NCBI GenBank assembly: GCA_002189035.1
Contig: NEEC01000021.1
Span: forward strand, 310,001-374,000
Source: Utricularia gibba
Taxonomy: Eukaryota; Plantae; Magnoliophyta
Direction of reading: 5' to 3'
Length of the DNA stretch: 64,000 bases
The notes beneath the pieces are model-generated. The model searched no databases and was not told the DNA's origin. It worked only from the letters and a program-made list of their open reading frames with translations. Positions 26,300 through 38,490 of the stretch are shown here, one piece after another; position 1 is the first letter of the stretch; every line of letters begins with the position of its first letter. Made by a program: the position numbers and the translations under genes.

Positions 26300-26530
26300 T
26301 TTTTTACTGCAATAACCATATCGATATGTATCGGGAATTTAAATTCTTTGATCTGATTGGCTGGACAAGGATTTTTGTTACTTTTTCGAAGGAACATTTA
26401 AATTGAAGGTGAGTGGTGAGCATTAATTCCCACCTACTCATCCTCCTTGCATGCGATGAATTTGCACACACTGCATTCTGCTTATTCCCCATTAGGATTC
26501 TTTACCACCAACCTCAAACAACACGAGTTT
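26300..26530 (-). mobile_element. Possible hAT BED zinc-finger remnant
   Basis: Minus strand reads VKNPNGE*AECSVCKFIACK, like the BED finger start (NPDG..AECxxC). Short and contains stops. Confidence 0.3.
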
Positions 26531-27299
26531 TTTACTTTTCTACCCATTGTTTCTTATTCACATTTGTAAAATACCCATTATGTGTTGTTGTGTAAGAAAA
26601 ATACCTCCTTCCAAAAATTAATTTTTATTTTATTCAATTTGTATTAATAAATAGCGTGTATATTCATTTTATCTATATGAATGTTGATACTGATTTTAAT
26701 CTTGTTTTCTATTTATTTTATTATATAAATTTGATAAATGATGTAAAAAACATTAATTTATATTAACTATATGATAATTAAATATAAAACATATATCGTT
26801 ACTCACTAATATAACTTTTTATTAAAATAATTCTTCTTTAAAAAATCTATTAATCAAATAATCCAATTTTGGAATTGTGATTAAACTAGTTTTTTGTTTA
26901 TTATATGATTTTTTTGTATAATAAAAAACATTTATTATATTAATGAATAATGATATATGTTTTACATTTAATTATTATATATTTAGTAAAATTAATATTT
27001 TTCACAACATTTATCAAATTTACATAATAAAGTAAATAAAAACAAAATTAAAATTCATATCAGTATCCATATAGATAAATTGATTTATATGCTTTTTATT
27101 TAATACAAATAGAATAAAATAAAAATTAACTTCTGGAAGATGAATAATTTTATCATATAGCAACATACAAAGGGTAATTTACAAATGAAGGTGAAACACA
27201 ATGGATAGAAAAGTAAAAAAATTCCAAACAGCACAGGATATATATATATATAATTATCGATGTTTGATGTAACTTATAAATTTGGATATTCGATAAACT

Positions 27300-27950
27300 T
27301 GGCATGTGGTAAAATTACCCCATGTGGGATAAATTATTAGGCAAGTCATCATTTTTGTTATGGTTTGATGTTATCTATACTACGGTTTTCTAGTTCAACT
27401 GCTGGAATCATCGAGAAATTTCTCTATACCATCCAATCTTCAGTATATTGCTCATATCCTCAATTACTAGAGCGTATATGTGACGAATGAATCTCAATGA
27501 AGCTCTGGATTTTTGTTATTTTTTTTTTTTGTAGTGAGCGTTTGTGATCAATGCAAAGAAAATCCCCATTACTCACTGGATGAGAAAATTAAGTTTTATG
27601 CTTATAATGGTCATAAGGAGTGCTTATGGCTATTGATGAAATAGCTTCATTTGGATGCGCTTCCATGGAATCTAATTTTTACTACGATACATAGTGGGCA
27701 GTCAAAAAACTGAAGGTTTGGACTTCTTTTTACAAAATATGCAAGCTTTATATCTGTGTTAGGAGTGATATGGAGTGCATGGTACGAGATGTTTTCCAAG
27801 AGGATCATGAAAATCTTTTGTAGATTTTTACTTTGTAATAACTTGACTTCCTCATATATGATATTGTCTATTTTGAATATTCAATTCTCATGGTTTTATG
27901 TTTTTTTTCAAAAAACAGTTTCATGTAAGATTAGAAAATCTTTTTTTATG
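27300..27950 (+). mobile_element. Possible decayed LINE ORF2 3' end
   Basis: VIWSAWYE..VFQE-like peptide at ~27765-27810 resembles the WxIWxERNxRxF motif. Heavily degraded. Confidence 0.3.
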
Positions 27951-28403
27951 TAAACTGTCTGTTTATCCCATTTGTAACCAATGTGTGATTAACCTAAGGT
28001 TCTTATATCCTTTCATAGACCAAATCCTTTTGTCTCCCTTGAAAATTCAACGTCTTCGTTGAGGTTTTCTTCTTCATCAATTATATGTCCAGATTTAATT
28101 TAATATCAAATATCACGATCCATCATCTCTTTATCCAAAGCAGATATATCATACAATAAGAGAGTGAGTTGTTATATTTTTAAAGAGACAAATCTCTAAA
28201 TGACTTCTAAACTTCATTTTCAAACATTTCTAGTTTTGCGTTTAAGTGTGAATTACGTCTTAATCAATATCGTGCATGCTAATGACTTGACACTATAATC
28301 TATGATAGAAACGACAAGACAAATTATGAATTACCCACTAATGAATATATGGTAATATTTATTTTAAATACGAGTTAAAAAAACTGGTAGGCGGATGACG
28401 CAA

Positions 28404-28491
28404 GGCCACATTGATGTTGGGCCCTTTCCTTATTTTCGGTACGGAGCCCAGTAGGACTATTGGGCCGTAAGGCTACTAAGAAAGGGCCCAG
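28404..28491. promoter_or_regulatory. Cluster of site II-like (TGGGCC/GGCCCA) motifs upstream of PTEN2
   Basis: TGGGCCC ~28418, AGCCCA ~28445, TGGGCC ~28461 and GGCCCA ~28485 in a GC-richer island within AT-rich DNA. Confidence 0.4.
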
Positions 28492-29402
28492 AAAACCCAC
28501 GTAATACAAAAGAAATGGTAGCATAATCCAAAAATAAGTAATATATGAAAATTAAAAATACTGACGGGGTTCAATTCATAGTGCTACTCAAGATTGGATA
28601 TCTACATCTAAAATCAAAATTATTGTTTATGTCCATAAATTATAAATGTCATTTTAATATCCGTATTCAAAACTATCGTACATTCGACAATTGAATACTA
28701 ATCAATTGGATATCTGTTTTTTAATATCAATATTATAAAAATTAACATTAGTAAATATCTTTTTATTTATTAAATTCAACCACATTTGATAATGTGGTAT
28801 TATATATTTTGAACTTCAAATCATGCAACACTATCAGATGTGGTATTTTGAAATTTCACTATTTAGTATTTTTAATAAAATAATGATCCGATTTTTGTTT
28901 GCAATGGAGGCTGGATGCGTTGTTGCCGTTTTGAATTATATTGATGAAGATGAACGGGATAGGAGTAGGACACTCGCTACGCCGTTGGGGTGGACTTCCA
29001 GCAACAGCTTCGCCGCTCTTCGCTGCCTTTGACCCCTGAATTTAGGTTTTTTTTTTTCTACGTTTATCAACCGAGAAAACGGTTCCATCTTTCGCTGCTC
29101 CATTTGGGAATTTTTGGTGTCTGGGAATGGGGCTGCTTCTAATTACTGTAATTTCTGAGCTTAATCGTTGTGTATTTTGGATTTATGGGTGGATCGCGAA
29201 TTTTCCTGATGTCCTTAAGAGTTGTGAAGTGATTTACGCGCTATATAGCCATGTTCAGTGGAGGATCTTCTGTTTTTTTTACCTTCACTTAATGAAAGTT
29301 TCGATGATTCATATAATTTTGCATGACAGAGTAGTTAGTCCTTCGGGAGTCTTTTCGTCTTGGGCATTTTTCTGATGTTTGATTCTTTTCGTTTCTTTAA
29401 GG

Positions 29403-32364
29403 ATGTCTGGGATCCAGGAATTGAGTTTGAATCCTCCTGATTCCTTGGATTCCCGGGAAGTTAAGTCTACAGATTTGCAAATGTCAGCTGCCTCACACCC
29501 TTCTCTTGATAAAGCTCCTGATTCATTGGATACTCCAGAACTTAGTTCCGCAGATATTAAAGCGTCAGCTTCTTCTGAACCGTCCCTTAATAAACCTGAA
29601 ACAGATACAACTTCAAAATTCTCTGCTTCTAGCATCTCCAACTGGGCAAAGAATCTCAAGTTGCCTCATCCTTTTGTGGGGTCCCAGGAAGAATCACCAT
29701 CTGGGAACTCAATCAAGTCACCTCTTTCACGTTTTACTGGTGGGTTCGGGCTGCGCTTGTCTCCCAAATCTTCTTCTCAATCAGAAGAGGCTTCTTCAGG
29801 TCCATTGTCCCCCACACAACCTGGTTTATTGGGAACCATAACAAAAGGATTGGTGGACTCATCTAAGAATGCAGTAAAGGCTGTTCAAATTAAGGCTCGT
29901 CATGCTGTTTCACAAAACAAGAGGAGATATCAGGTATCTTGTTTTCTTTTTCTTCTATTTGCTTTAGGCGTGTCATTGTATCATACTATGGTCGTGAAGT
30001 ATTTCTTTGTGCTCTTCCTCTTAGTCTGAGTGCTGTTATTTGTTATAGGAAGGAGGGTTTGATTTAGATATGACTTACATCACTGAAAATATTATTGCCA
30101 TGGGCTTTCCTTCTGGTGACATGAGCTCTGGGCTGTTGGGCTATGTTGAGGTATTGTCATTAGCATTCTCAATATAAATGTCGCACATCTGAAGAAATTT
30201 TTTTATCTTAATCACGATGTTGCATCAGGGACTTTATCGGACCCACATGGAAGAAGTTATTAGATTTTTTGAAACGTATCACAAGGTAATGAAGTCTCTT
30301 TAGCTCGAAATGTTTTGCATTTCTCATTTTCCATAAGCGAACTTTTTTTTAATGCAAATCATGTAGGGGAGGTACAAAGTTTACAATCTCTGTTCTGAAC
30401 GCTTGTATGATGCATCTTTATTCGAGGGGAAGGTACTAATCTTTTTCTCTATTTTATTTGTGGGGTAAATATGCTGTGATTATCATTTGAGATTCTTCAG
30501 GCAATCCTTATGTACAGGTGGCTTGTTTCCCTTTCGATGACCACAACTGCCCTCCTATTCAGCTCATTATTTCATTCTGCAAAAGTGCATATGCATGGTT
30601 GAAGGAAGATATTGAAAATGTTGTAGTTGTACATTGTAAAGCTGGTATGGCAAGGACAGGGTTGATGATTTCCAGTCTGCTTCTGTATCTCAAGGTACAA
30701 TAATCATAGCGCTTCTGCCGTTGGTACCCCCTTTTTCTCCTATTAAAACAAGATATGTATTTTTTATGAGTTCTTCTCCCTTTTTTTATCATTATTTTTG
30801 TTCACCATTTTCTCTTTTCCTAGTTCTTCCCAACTGCAGAGGAATCAATAGATTTTTACAATCAGAGACGTTGCATTGATGGAAAGGGACTTGTTCTTCC
30901 TAGTCAGATTGTGAGTCTGATCCCTTAATGTATTTGATATCTTAAACATTTACATAATCATATGATGTTTAATCACAGAGATATGTGAAGTACTTTGAAC
31001 GCATTTTGGCATATTTTAATGGTGAAAACCAGCCTGGTCGGAGGTATTGATTATGTTAAGATTTCTGTTATTTGATGTCAACTAAGTGGAGTTAGGAAGT
31101 TGCTTTTCAAATGGTACAACTAGCCGTAGATTCTAAAACGTGAGGGTGGTATGGGAATGAATGTCTCGCTATCAGGTGCTGTTTCATGTTTAAATTTTAT
31201 AACGCAGGGTTCTCCTTAGAGGCTTTCGTCTGCATAAATGCCCATACTGGATAAGGCCCTCTATAACTGTCTCAGACCACAATGGTCTCTCCTCCCATGT
31301 GCCTCTGTGTTTAGTTCCATTTCTTTTTGCACAAAACCTCACTTTGAAAAACGTTTGTTCAGGCGTTCTCTTCTCAACTAAAAAGCATCCCAGGACTAAG
31401 GATTTGTCGGTGCGTCTTCCTCACACACACTTATTTTTCATACTGTAAATCCTAGTATGCTAGAAGGCTTTTCAGGACTAGTTGCTCGTGAGATTTCCAA
31501 TATCCATTATCTGGCTTTGATTATCAGTTCCTCTGCAGCCTGATGATTTTTGGTTTGCTGCACCAAAAAAAGGAATCATGGTACTTGCGCTTCCTGGGGA
31601 GCCCGGCCTCTCTGAGTTGGCTGGTGATTTCAAAGTCCATTTTCATGATCGCCAAGGGGACTTCTATTGGTATGGCAGTTTACATTTTTGCATGATTGTG
31701 GAGCGCAGTCGTTGTTTATGTTTTTCATATTCTTCCTAGCTGGTTAAACACAACTATGATCGAGAACCGAACAGTGTTGACCACCAACGACCTTGATGGG
31801 TTCGACAAGGTAAAAACTTTAGATCCAACGATCGGACCTTCTGTGATGGGGCTTCTCTGAATAATCACTGGTTTCTCTGCAGAGAAAATTGCCATCTCCT
31901 GGCTTCCAAGTCGAAGTTGTCCTCGTAGATTATGATCCTTCTGCTGTTGCAGCAAGACCTACGGCTGGAACTGCTACTTCGTTAGCTGATGCTAATACAA
32001 CAGTATCGCCTCCAGGTCCTAGTCCTCCTGATGAGAGCAATCCTGCTGCTACCAACGAAGGGAGTTCTGAAAAAGAAAAGGAAGCAGAGGATGCTTCGAC
32101 GAAGATCACACAAACAGGCATTTCCCCAAGGTTACTGGATCAGCGGAGGCAGAAGTTGAAGTGCCTCAAAACAAGAACACAATCACAAGTCCAGCCACTG
32201 GCCACATCTCTTCACATGCTTCAACCGTTCCAAAGGAGGCTCCAGATGGAGCTTCGGAACCCACAAAGCTCAATTCAGGTGGGGAGGCAAGCGAATTCAA
32301 AGCCGTGGCAGCAGACGCATCCATCTTCTCATTTGGAGACGATGAAGATTATGAAAGCGAATGA
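29403..32364 (+). CDS. PTEN2: PTEN2-like phosphoinositide/protein phosphatase, 12 coding exons, one apparent frameshift in the last exon (630 aa if corrected)
   Basis: Exons 29403-29933, 30049-30150, 30229-30285, 30367-30432, 30518-30694, 30824-30910, 30979-31043, 31208-31284, 31363-31409, 31539-31669, 31740-31809, 31883-32364. All GT-AG and phase-consistent. Motifs FDLDMTYITENIIAMGFP, FPFDDHNCPP, P-loop HCKAGMARTG, C-terminus ASIFSFGDDEDYESE. One base is missing at TTCCCCAAG (32122-32130). Probable 5'UTR intron ends at 29401. Confidence 0.93.
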
Positions 32365-32612
32365 ACCGCGAGGCTTTTCCTCAAACCATGTAAAAAATAT
32401 ATCCTTGTGCATATGTTGTTACTCTCCATCATGCGTGCAGGATGTCAGCAGGATCACTGGTTTGCATTCCTTGCTCTAGTGTTGGAGCAGACTGCAAGAT
32501 GAAGTGGTCTCAAAGGCAACTTTGTATTCATTATATATTTGGAGCTGGAACAGTTGAACTACAGTTCAGGTTCTACTTCTACTCGGGCTATTTGTGTAAC
32601 ATGTTATGTTCA

Positions 32613-33055
32613 CTATTGGATCAAGTAGTCGCGGATGTCAAAATCCGGCGGCATGAAGAGCTTCTGTCGCTCCCAGCGGCCCTTGTCGCCGCGGTACAGG
32701 GACGGATGCTTGGTGATGCTCCAGAAGCATCCTCTACACCTCGATCGAACGGTGTACGCCCAGAAGAAGCCGTAGCTGTTGGGATTAATGTAGAGGAAGC
32801 ACCACCGCATCGGAAACGCGAGCTGTGGGAAGGTAAACCGGTAGGTGGTGTTCGGCTGCAGGGCGTGGAGCGAGTCGCTCTTGTCGGTCAATTGGCACAT
32901 GAAGAGCACCGGCGCATAGCCGTCGTTGGCCAGGGTGACCTCCACCTCCGGCAGTATGGCCACCACCCGAAGATGAGGGCGATGATGGAGAGGAAAACGA
33001 CCATCACCGCCGCCGTGACGCCGAAGATTCTGAGCGTAGAAGTGCTGTTCGCCAT
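32613..33055 (-). CDS. Small secreted S-protein homolog (SPH / self-incompatibility S1-like) protein, one apparent -1 frameshift (147 aa if corrected)
   Basis: One extra G at run 32966-32968 joins MANSTSTLRIFGVTAAVMVVFLSIIALIFG to VVAILPEVEVTLANDGYAPVLFMC..YRFTF..RWCFLYINPNSYGFFWAYTVRSRCRGCFWSI..FDIRDYLIQ*. Hydrophobic N-terminus, four Cys, beta-rich pattern. Family call is by motif resemblance only. Confidence 0.65.
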
Positions 33056-33259
33056 GGTGGCGGAGGTTTGACGATGGATCGGAAGGGATGGGTATGTATC
33101 TTCGTGTTGGGTGGTTGTGCGTTGCACGGAAGAGCAAATCATGGCCTTCTTCACATTTTTTAAAATAGATAAAAAAAAAAGAATTAAAACTTATTTGATT
33201 AAAAAAATCACATGAAAAAACAATTCAAATCATTTAAATTTAAATAACAGAAGATTACG

Positions 33260-35573
33260 TCACATTTTTTCGAACACACGGAAAGCCTCTTTCATGGTGG
33301 GCCTTTTATGAGGGGCCCAGGAGGCGCATCGGAAGCCCATCTTACACCAACTCACGATCTCCTCCTCCCGCCCGGCGGCGGCGGCATCTCCTCTCACAGC
33401 GGCGTCCGCCATATTCAGAGCCCAATCCGCTTCTCCTGCCGCCGCCGCTCTGGCCCAATCTCTGATTTCCCCTCTCGACAATACTTTCCCACTGAGCAGT
33501 TCAAGCAGCAAGATCCCGAAAGAGTAAACATCCCATTTGGGATTCGGCTTCTGGGTCTTGAATGACTCCGGTGCGTGATAGGGAGAGGGGCAATCGGCGC
33601 TCCCGTGAAGTTCGATCGACTGCGTATCGTCGCCGCCTATGGAAGTGGATGCCCTGCTCCCAGAATGGCATGTTGAGCAATGAGGTTTGCGGCGGTTTTC
33701 ACCGTACACCAGACGGTCGATTCCGAGATCACTGATCAGAGGTTCCATGTCGTGGGTCAGTAGAATGTTGCTGGGTTTTATGTTGCCGTGGACATATTTG
33801 TTACTGTGGATGAATTTCAGCCCCCGCGCTATGCCTCTAGCGATTTTTACCCTGTTCTGGAAATTCAGCTGGTGTGGTGATGAACTCGTCATGATCCCTG
33901 CAATGTGATTTGGATGGATTGTGAGTTTAGCTTCTGATTGACTTGTAGGGGAAGTAGAAAATATAAATCTTACTGTAAGAGATGTTGGCTAAGCTGCAGT
34001 TGGAGATGTAGTCATGGAGAAGTAGTTTTTCATCGTCTCCCCAGTAAAATCCGCGAACTCGAACAAGATTCTCATGGCGGAGCCTTGCGATGGACTCGAG
34101 ATGGCGTTGGAAAGTCTTCATTTCTGGGACATGAACCTCACCTATTCTTCGTACAGCAAGCGCCGTCCCATCCGCAAGAACGGCTTTGTAGACTATGGTG
34201 TCGCCGTTGGATCCGATAACATATGCTGTGGCTCTTAGTAAGGTCTCGATTTCCAGTTCTGATTCGCCGTCCACCATGATTAATGACCTCTGCATTTTGT
34301 TGGGATTCTGTCTGGGGGGTTCATTGTCGTCGGAGTAAGCGGTTTCCGAGGTGTCGTAGTCTGCTCTGGTTTTCAGACACGGCCACGGCGTGAGAGAGAT
34401 ATCCCGCGTCTGCTTCAGTGAAACTTCGTGGAGATCTTTAGCAGCTGTTGGGCTCGGAGCTGTATTCTTCATGTTCCTTTGGTGGACGTAGAGAAGCAGG
34501 ATTGCGAGCAATCCGATTCCAGCGAGTGGCGCCACTGCGATTCCTGCAACCGTGGCGGGCCTCATTCCATGATGAAGCGTTGTCGGAGCATTCACGGCTG
34601 TAGTCGTGGGATTCTCCGGCAAAGTATTGGCGCCAATTGTCCTCGGAATGGCGGCGATGGCTGGGGAGGAATAGTTTGCGGTAACATTGGGTGGCAAAGA
34701 GTGAGAGGAAGGGACTGTACACAGTTTCTTGAGAGGCGGCCCGCAAAGATCTACATTCCCAGCAAACGCCTCCGGATGTTGACCGGAGATGGAGCCCGAT
34801 TCCGGTAGCCTCCCGGAAAGGAAGTTGTAAGAGATATCAACGGCGGCGGAGCTGGGTATTCTCGCCGCGAATTCCTGAGGAACGGCGCCGGAAATCTTGT
34901 TGTGGGAAAGATTCACGTATTTCAAACTCTCCCCAGTGAATCTAGTAGGCAAAGATCCGTTCAGCGAGTTTGACGACAGGTCCAAGAACTCAATTCTCAA
35001 AAACCCGCCTGGAATCACGCCGGAGAGATGGTTGTTTCTCAAAGAAACGACGGTTAAGTTCTCCAAAGAAGCCAAACTCGCCGGAATCTTCCCTGTTAAG
35101 TCGTTATTCGACAGATTCAGAACCTTGAGGCTGGTGGGTAAAAGCTCAGGAATCTCACCATCAATGGCATTGTTCCCCATCGAAATAGCTTCAATCTCAG
35201 ATGAGTTGAGCAGAGACATGGGCAGAGGGCCATTGATCAAATTCCCAGAGAGATCAATACTTTTCAGGTGAGGAATGTACCCCATATCCTCAGGCAGAGA
35301 ACCCACAATCCCCATATTCGGAAGACTCAATCCCACAACTCTCCAGCTTCCTTGGACCTCAGCACATTTGACACCCGTCCAGAGACAGGGGCTAGCGTCA
35401 TTGTAGTTCCATGAGTCAAGAGCAGAAGAAGGGTCACTAAGAACTGAGTATTTGAGAGACAGAAGCAAAGCCCCATCTGAGTCCAAGCAAAGACAAGGAA
35501 CCAGGAGCAGCAGCAGCAAATGAAGAAGGAGAAGAACACAAGCACCACAAACATTGGTGGCCATTGCCTTCAA
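33260..35573 (-). CDS. LRR receptor-like kinase, subfamily III, atypical kinase domain (At4g34220 RDK1 / At2g15300-like), 2 exons, 745 aa
   Basis: Exons 35573-33974 and 33897-33260 with a 76-bp GT-AG intron, open frame. Signal peptide, LRRNT (LLSLKYSVLSDP..CLWTGVKC), LxxLxLSxNxLxGxIP repeats, Cys pair, TM (VAGIAVAPLAGIGLLAILLLYV), kinase with LAVRR, HGNIKPSNILL, SDLG, WDVYSFG. Confidence 0.93.
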
Positions 35574-37219
35574 AGATGAGAAGAAAGCTTCTTCAAGATG
35601 CGACGATGCAGATGCGTGATTATATATGGAAGTTAGTCATGTGAGATGAATAGAGAAGAGAAGATGAACAACTTTTTCAGTATGTTTTGTTGTGTAGCCC
35701 CAGGACAATGACAATGAGTTGGAGCTGCTAGGATTTATGTGGAGTTGATCACAGGTCTCTCAACCTTTTCCATACACATGATGTGCACCAGTTGCTCCAA
35801 GCTTTTGCCAAATTTTACCATTCCTCTCCTCTCCTACCCACCAAGCAATACTCAGCATTCCTCCCTCCATCTGCATCCTTTGGAACAAGCAAAGGAACAC
35901 TTGTCTGGGTGGGTTCAATTTTGCAGCATCTAGTCTGCAATCTCCCCAACTCTGAGGCCTCTCAAGTCCCTTTTTCTCTTCTGTGTCGGCAAGAGAATAT
36001 TTTCACAGTTGCTGACGGTGGTCACGGGTCTGAGACAAAAGTACAAGAATCATCATAGTATTATTCACCCCATAGAACGAATTATTTCCTTCCGGGTAGT
36101 CAATTATGCGAGATGAAAGGAGGGAGAACTCATCACAGTAGAGGCTGCATGTGATGGAAGATAAAAGAAGATTAGGTTTTCAATAGTTGGGGTGAGAGTC
36201 GGCCCACAAGTCTCCATGCTGGCACCAACGGCGGGGAAGAGTCTCGCCGGGATTCCCATCTGGTACCAAGAACCCTCCCGCACTGGATTTATTCTTTTTT
36301 TTTCCATGTTCTCAATTCCCTAACAATTTGAGTTTAATTTTAAAATTAAATACTAATTACAAAAAATCACATTAGTAAAACATTTAGTTGATATTTGATA
36401 ATTCATTTAATATTTTAATTATATGATTTAAAATAACATATATTTTATAATTTTTAAGTTAGAATACATTTGATAAATGAATTTAAATGTATTAATAAAA
36501 TATTTTAAAAAATGAGAAAGTGCATAAAATAGACCTAAGTAGTGTTCTAAAAAAATTTTATTTTTTAATTTTATTTTTTAAAAATAAAAATAGTTTTATT
36601 ATAGAACACTTTCAATTGTATAATTAATTTTATCAAAAATATTTTTAAAATTATATTACAAAAATTATTTTTGAAAAAATAAAAAGTTTGTTACTTTTAA
36701 TTCATTTCTACTTTTTTAAAATAATTTTGAAAATTAAAAATATGTTTCGAATTTCCATAACATTGCTTTAATCTTTCTTTGCAAAAGATTTTATTTTTTT
36801 CAGACTCATAAAACATGGTATTTAAAATCTCAAATTTTAGTGGTTTTAGTTTGAATTGCAATAACTAATTCTATATTATGATTTTTCAATCATTGAAATT
36901 TTTATTTTTATCATGTTTAAACTCTTTTTTTTTATTTTTACATATGAAACATTATTCTTTATGATTTATTATAAAAGAATCAAATAAGTAATATAATTTA
37001 TATTTTTTTGAAAATATATTAAAATTAATATTCATTTAAATCCAAACCCCAACCACACCCAAAGTAATTTTTGGGAAATAAGTTCCCTTAGTTCGGAATA
37101 CTAACTTTTTTAAAAAAAAAAAAAACAGTGTTTCTTGAGTTGTTATTATAATAAATAAAACTATTTTTTTTATTTGGTTTACAAAGTAATTACATTAAAA
37201 TATACTTACTGGAAAAACT

Positions 37220-38134
37220 AACATGGACTGGGGTTGTGAGTTGCCGACAGTCTTTCCGGTGAACTCCTGAACGTACAGGTCCGTGAAGCTGTACCTCATC
37301 TTCTTGTTCAGCTGCGCCACTAACCCCGACTGCTGCTCCGCGCAGTAGTCCTCCAGAAACCTCGCCGTGAAATCTTATCTCCCTGTCTGGGCTTCGCGAG
37401 CCATCCCTCGCCGATGCTAATTCGCCGTCAGGATCATGTCATCGGCGACGCCTTCCATCAGCCGCCGCGGCGCTTTGCCCTCGCCCATTCACTGGAAGGC
37501 GAGAGTTATTTCGTGGTGCAGGAGCGACGTCGTGAACTCCCACCGGAGATTCCCCTAGGAATGATAAAGATATCGCATTTACGCATTATTATTATTTTTG
37601 TTATTAGTATTAGTATTAATATTAGTATTATTGTTCTTATTATTGTTTTAAAAACCATGGTTGAATGGATTTAGATGATGAATCATTTATACAAAAATGA
37701 ATCATGAACCAATTATAATTCGATAGTTTATAAGATCGGTTTTATATGTTGATTGGATTTGCTTTCGGATCGATTTAACCCGTTCAATTATAATTTATTT
37801 CAAACGAAAAATATTAAAAAACAGATGACTTAATTATGATTCAAATCATGATCGAACCGTTTAAATTATGGATCATTTAAATAAACGGTTAACGGTTTTT
37901 TTTGTCACTATTTTAGACACGGTGGGTGTTGTTATTTTTATTAATTGAACATGTAAATATTCTTAAAATTTGAATACATGAGTTTTTAGATATATACATA
38001 TTTTAATTAAATAATTACAAATGCTTAATAACATTGATCGGCCCCGCATGGGTGAACGCCTTGCCGCGGTCAAACTGATGGATAAAGAGCCTGACCTCCG
38101 CACCATTCACCGGTGCCTTGTCAGGGTTGCAGTA
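37220..38134 (-). pseudogene. Plant basic secretory protein (BSP / NtPRp27-like) pseudogene split by an insertion
   Basis: 5' piece 38134-38030: YCNPDKAPVNGAEVRLFIHQFDRGKAFTHAGPINV. 3' piece ~37582-37220: GNLRWEFTTSLLHHEITLAFQ*MGEGKAPRRLMEGVADDMILTAN*..AKPRQGDK..FTARFLEDYC..GLVAQLNKKMRYSF..EFTGKTV. Stops at 37489-37491 and 37417-37419, frameshifts, start missing. Confidence 0.8.
37586..38029. mobile_element. AT-rich insertion with hAT-MITE-like subterminal AACCG/CGGTT motifs
   Basis: Separates the two BSP pieces. TGTTTTAAAAACC (~37645) and AACGGTTTTTTT (~37889) resemble hAT-MITE ends. No clean TSD. Confidence 0.35.
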
Positions 38135-38490
38135 CTAATACCTTCAATTTAATTTTCAAAAAAATGTAATTTGACACTAACTTAAATTGAACCTTTGATC
38201 AAATTATTCATAGCTTACATGCATATGCTACCATGATAGACGTGATTTATGCATAATTAACATTCATATTATGTCGAAACATACGTTTGTGCAGTTTAAT
38301 TGATAGCATTATTGTATTTTTGTTGAATATGTATGTTAAGTGTTCGATCCAATTCATTAAATATTATATGTTTTTATAAAATTAAAAGTAATTAAAAAAA
38401 TTAAAATTAAAAAAATAATTAACCCCCTTGAAAGCTCAATTAATTTTAATACATAGTACAAAATGATTATATTTTATTATATTTGAGATT

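Noticed and set aside
32442-33071. 209-aa plus-strand ORF
   Set aside because: Antisense shadow of the SPH-like gene plus the PTEN2 3'UTR.
35650-36310. Coding-like tract upstream of the RLK (includes GSWYQMG, reminiscent of ERD6-like transporter N-termini)
   Set aside because: Similarity is limited to a few residues and no frame gives a recognisable domain.
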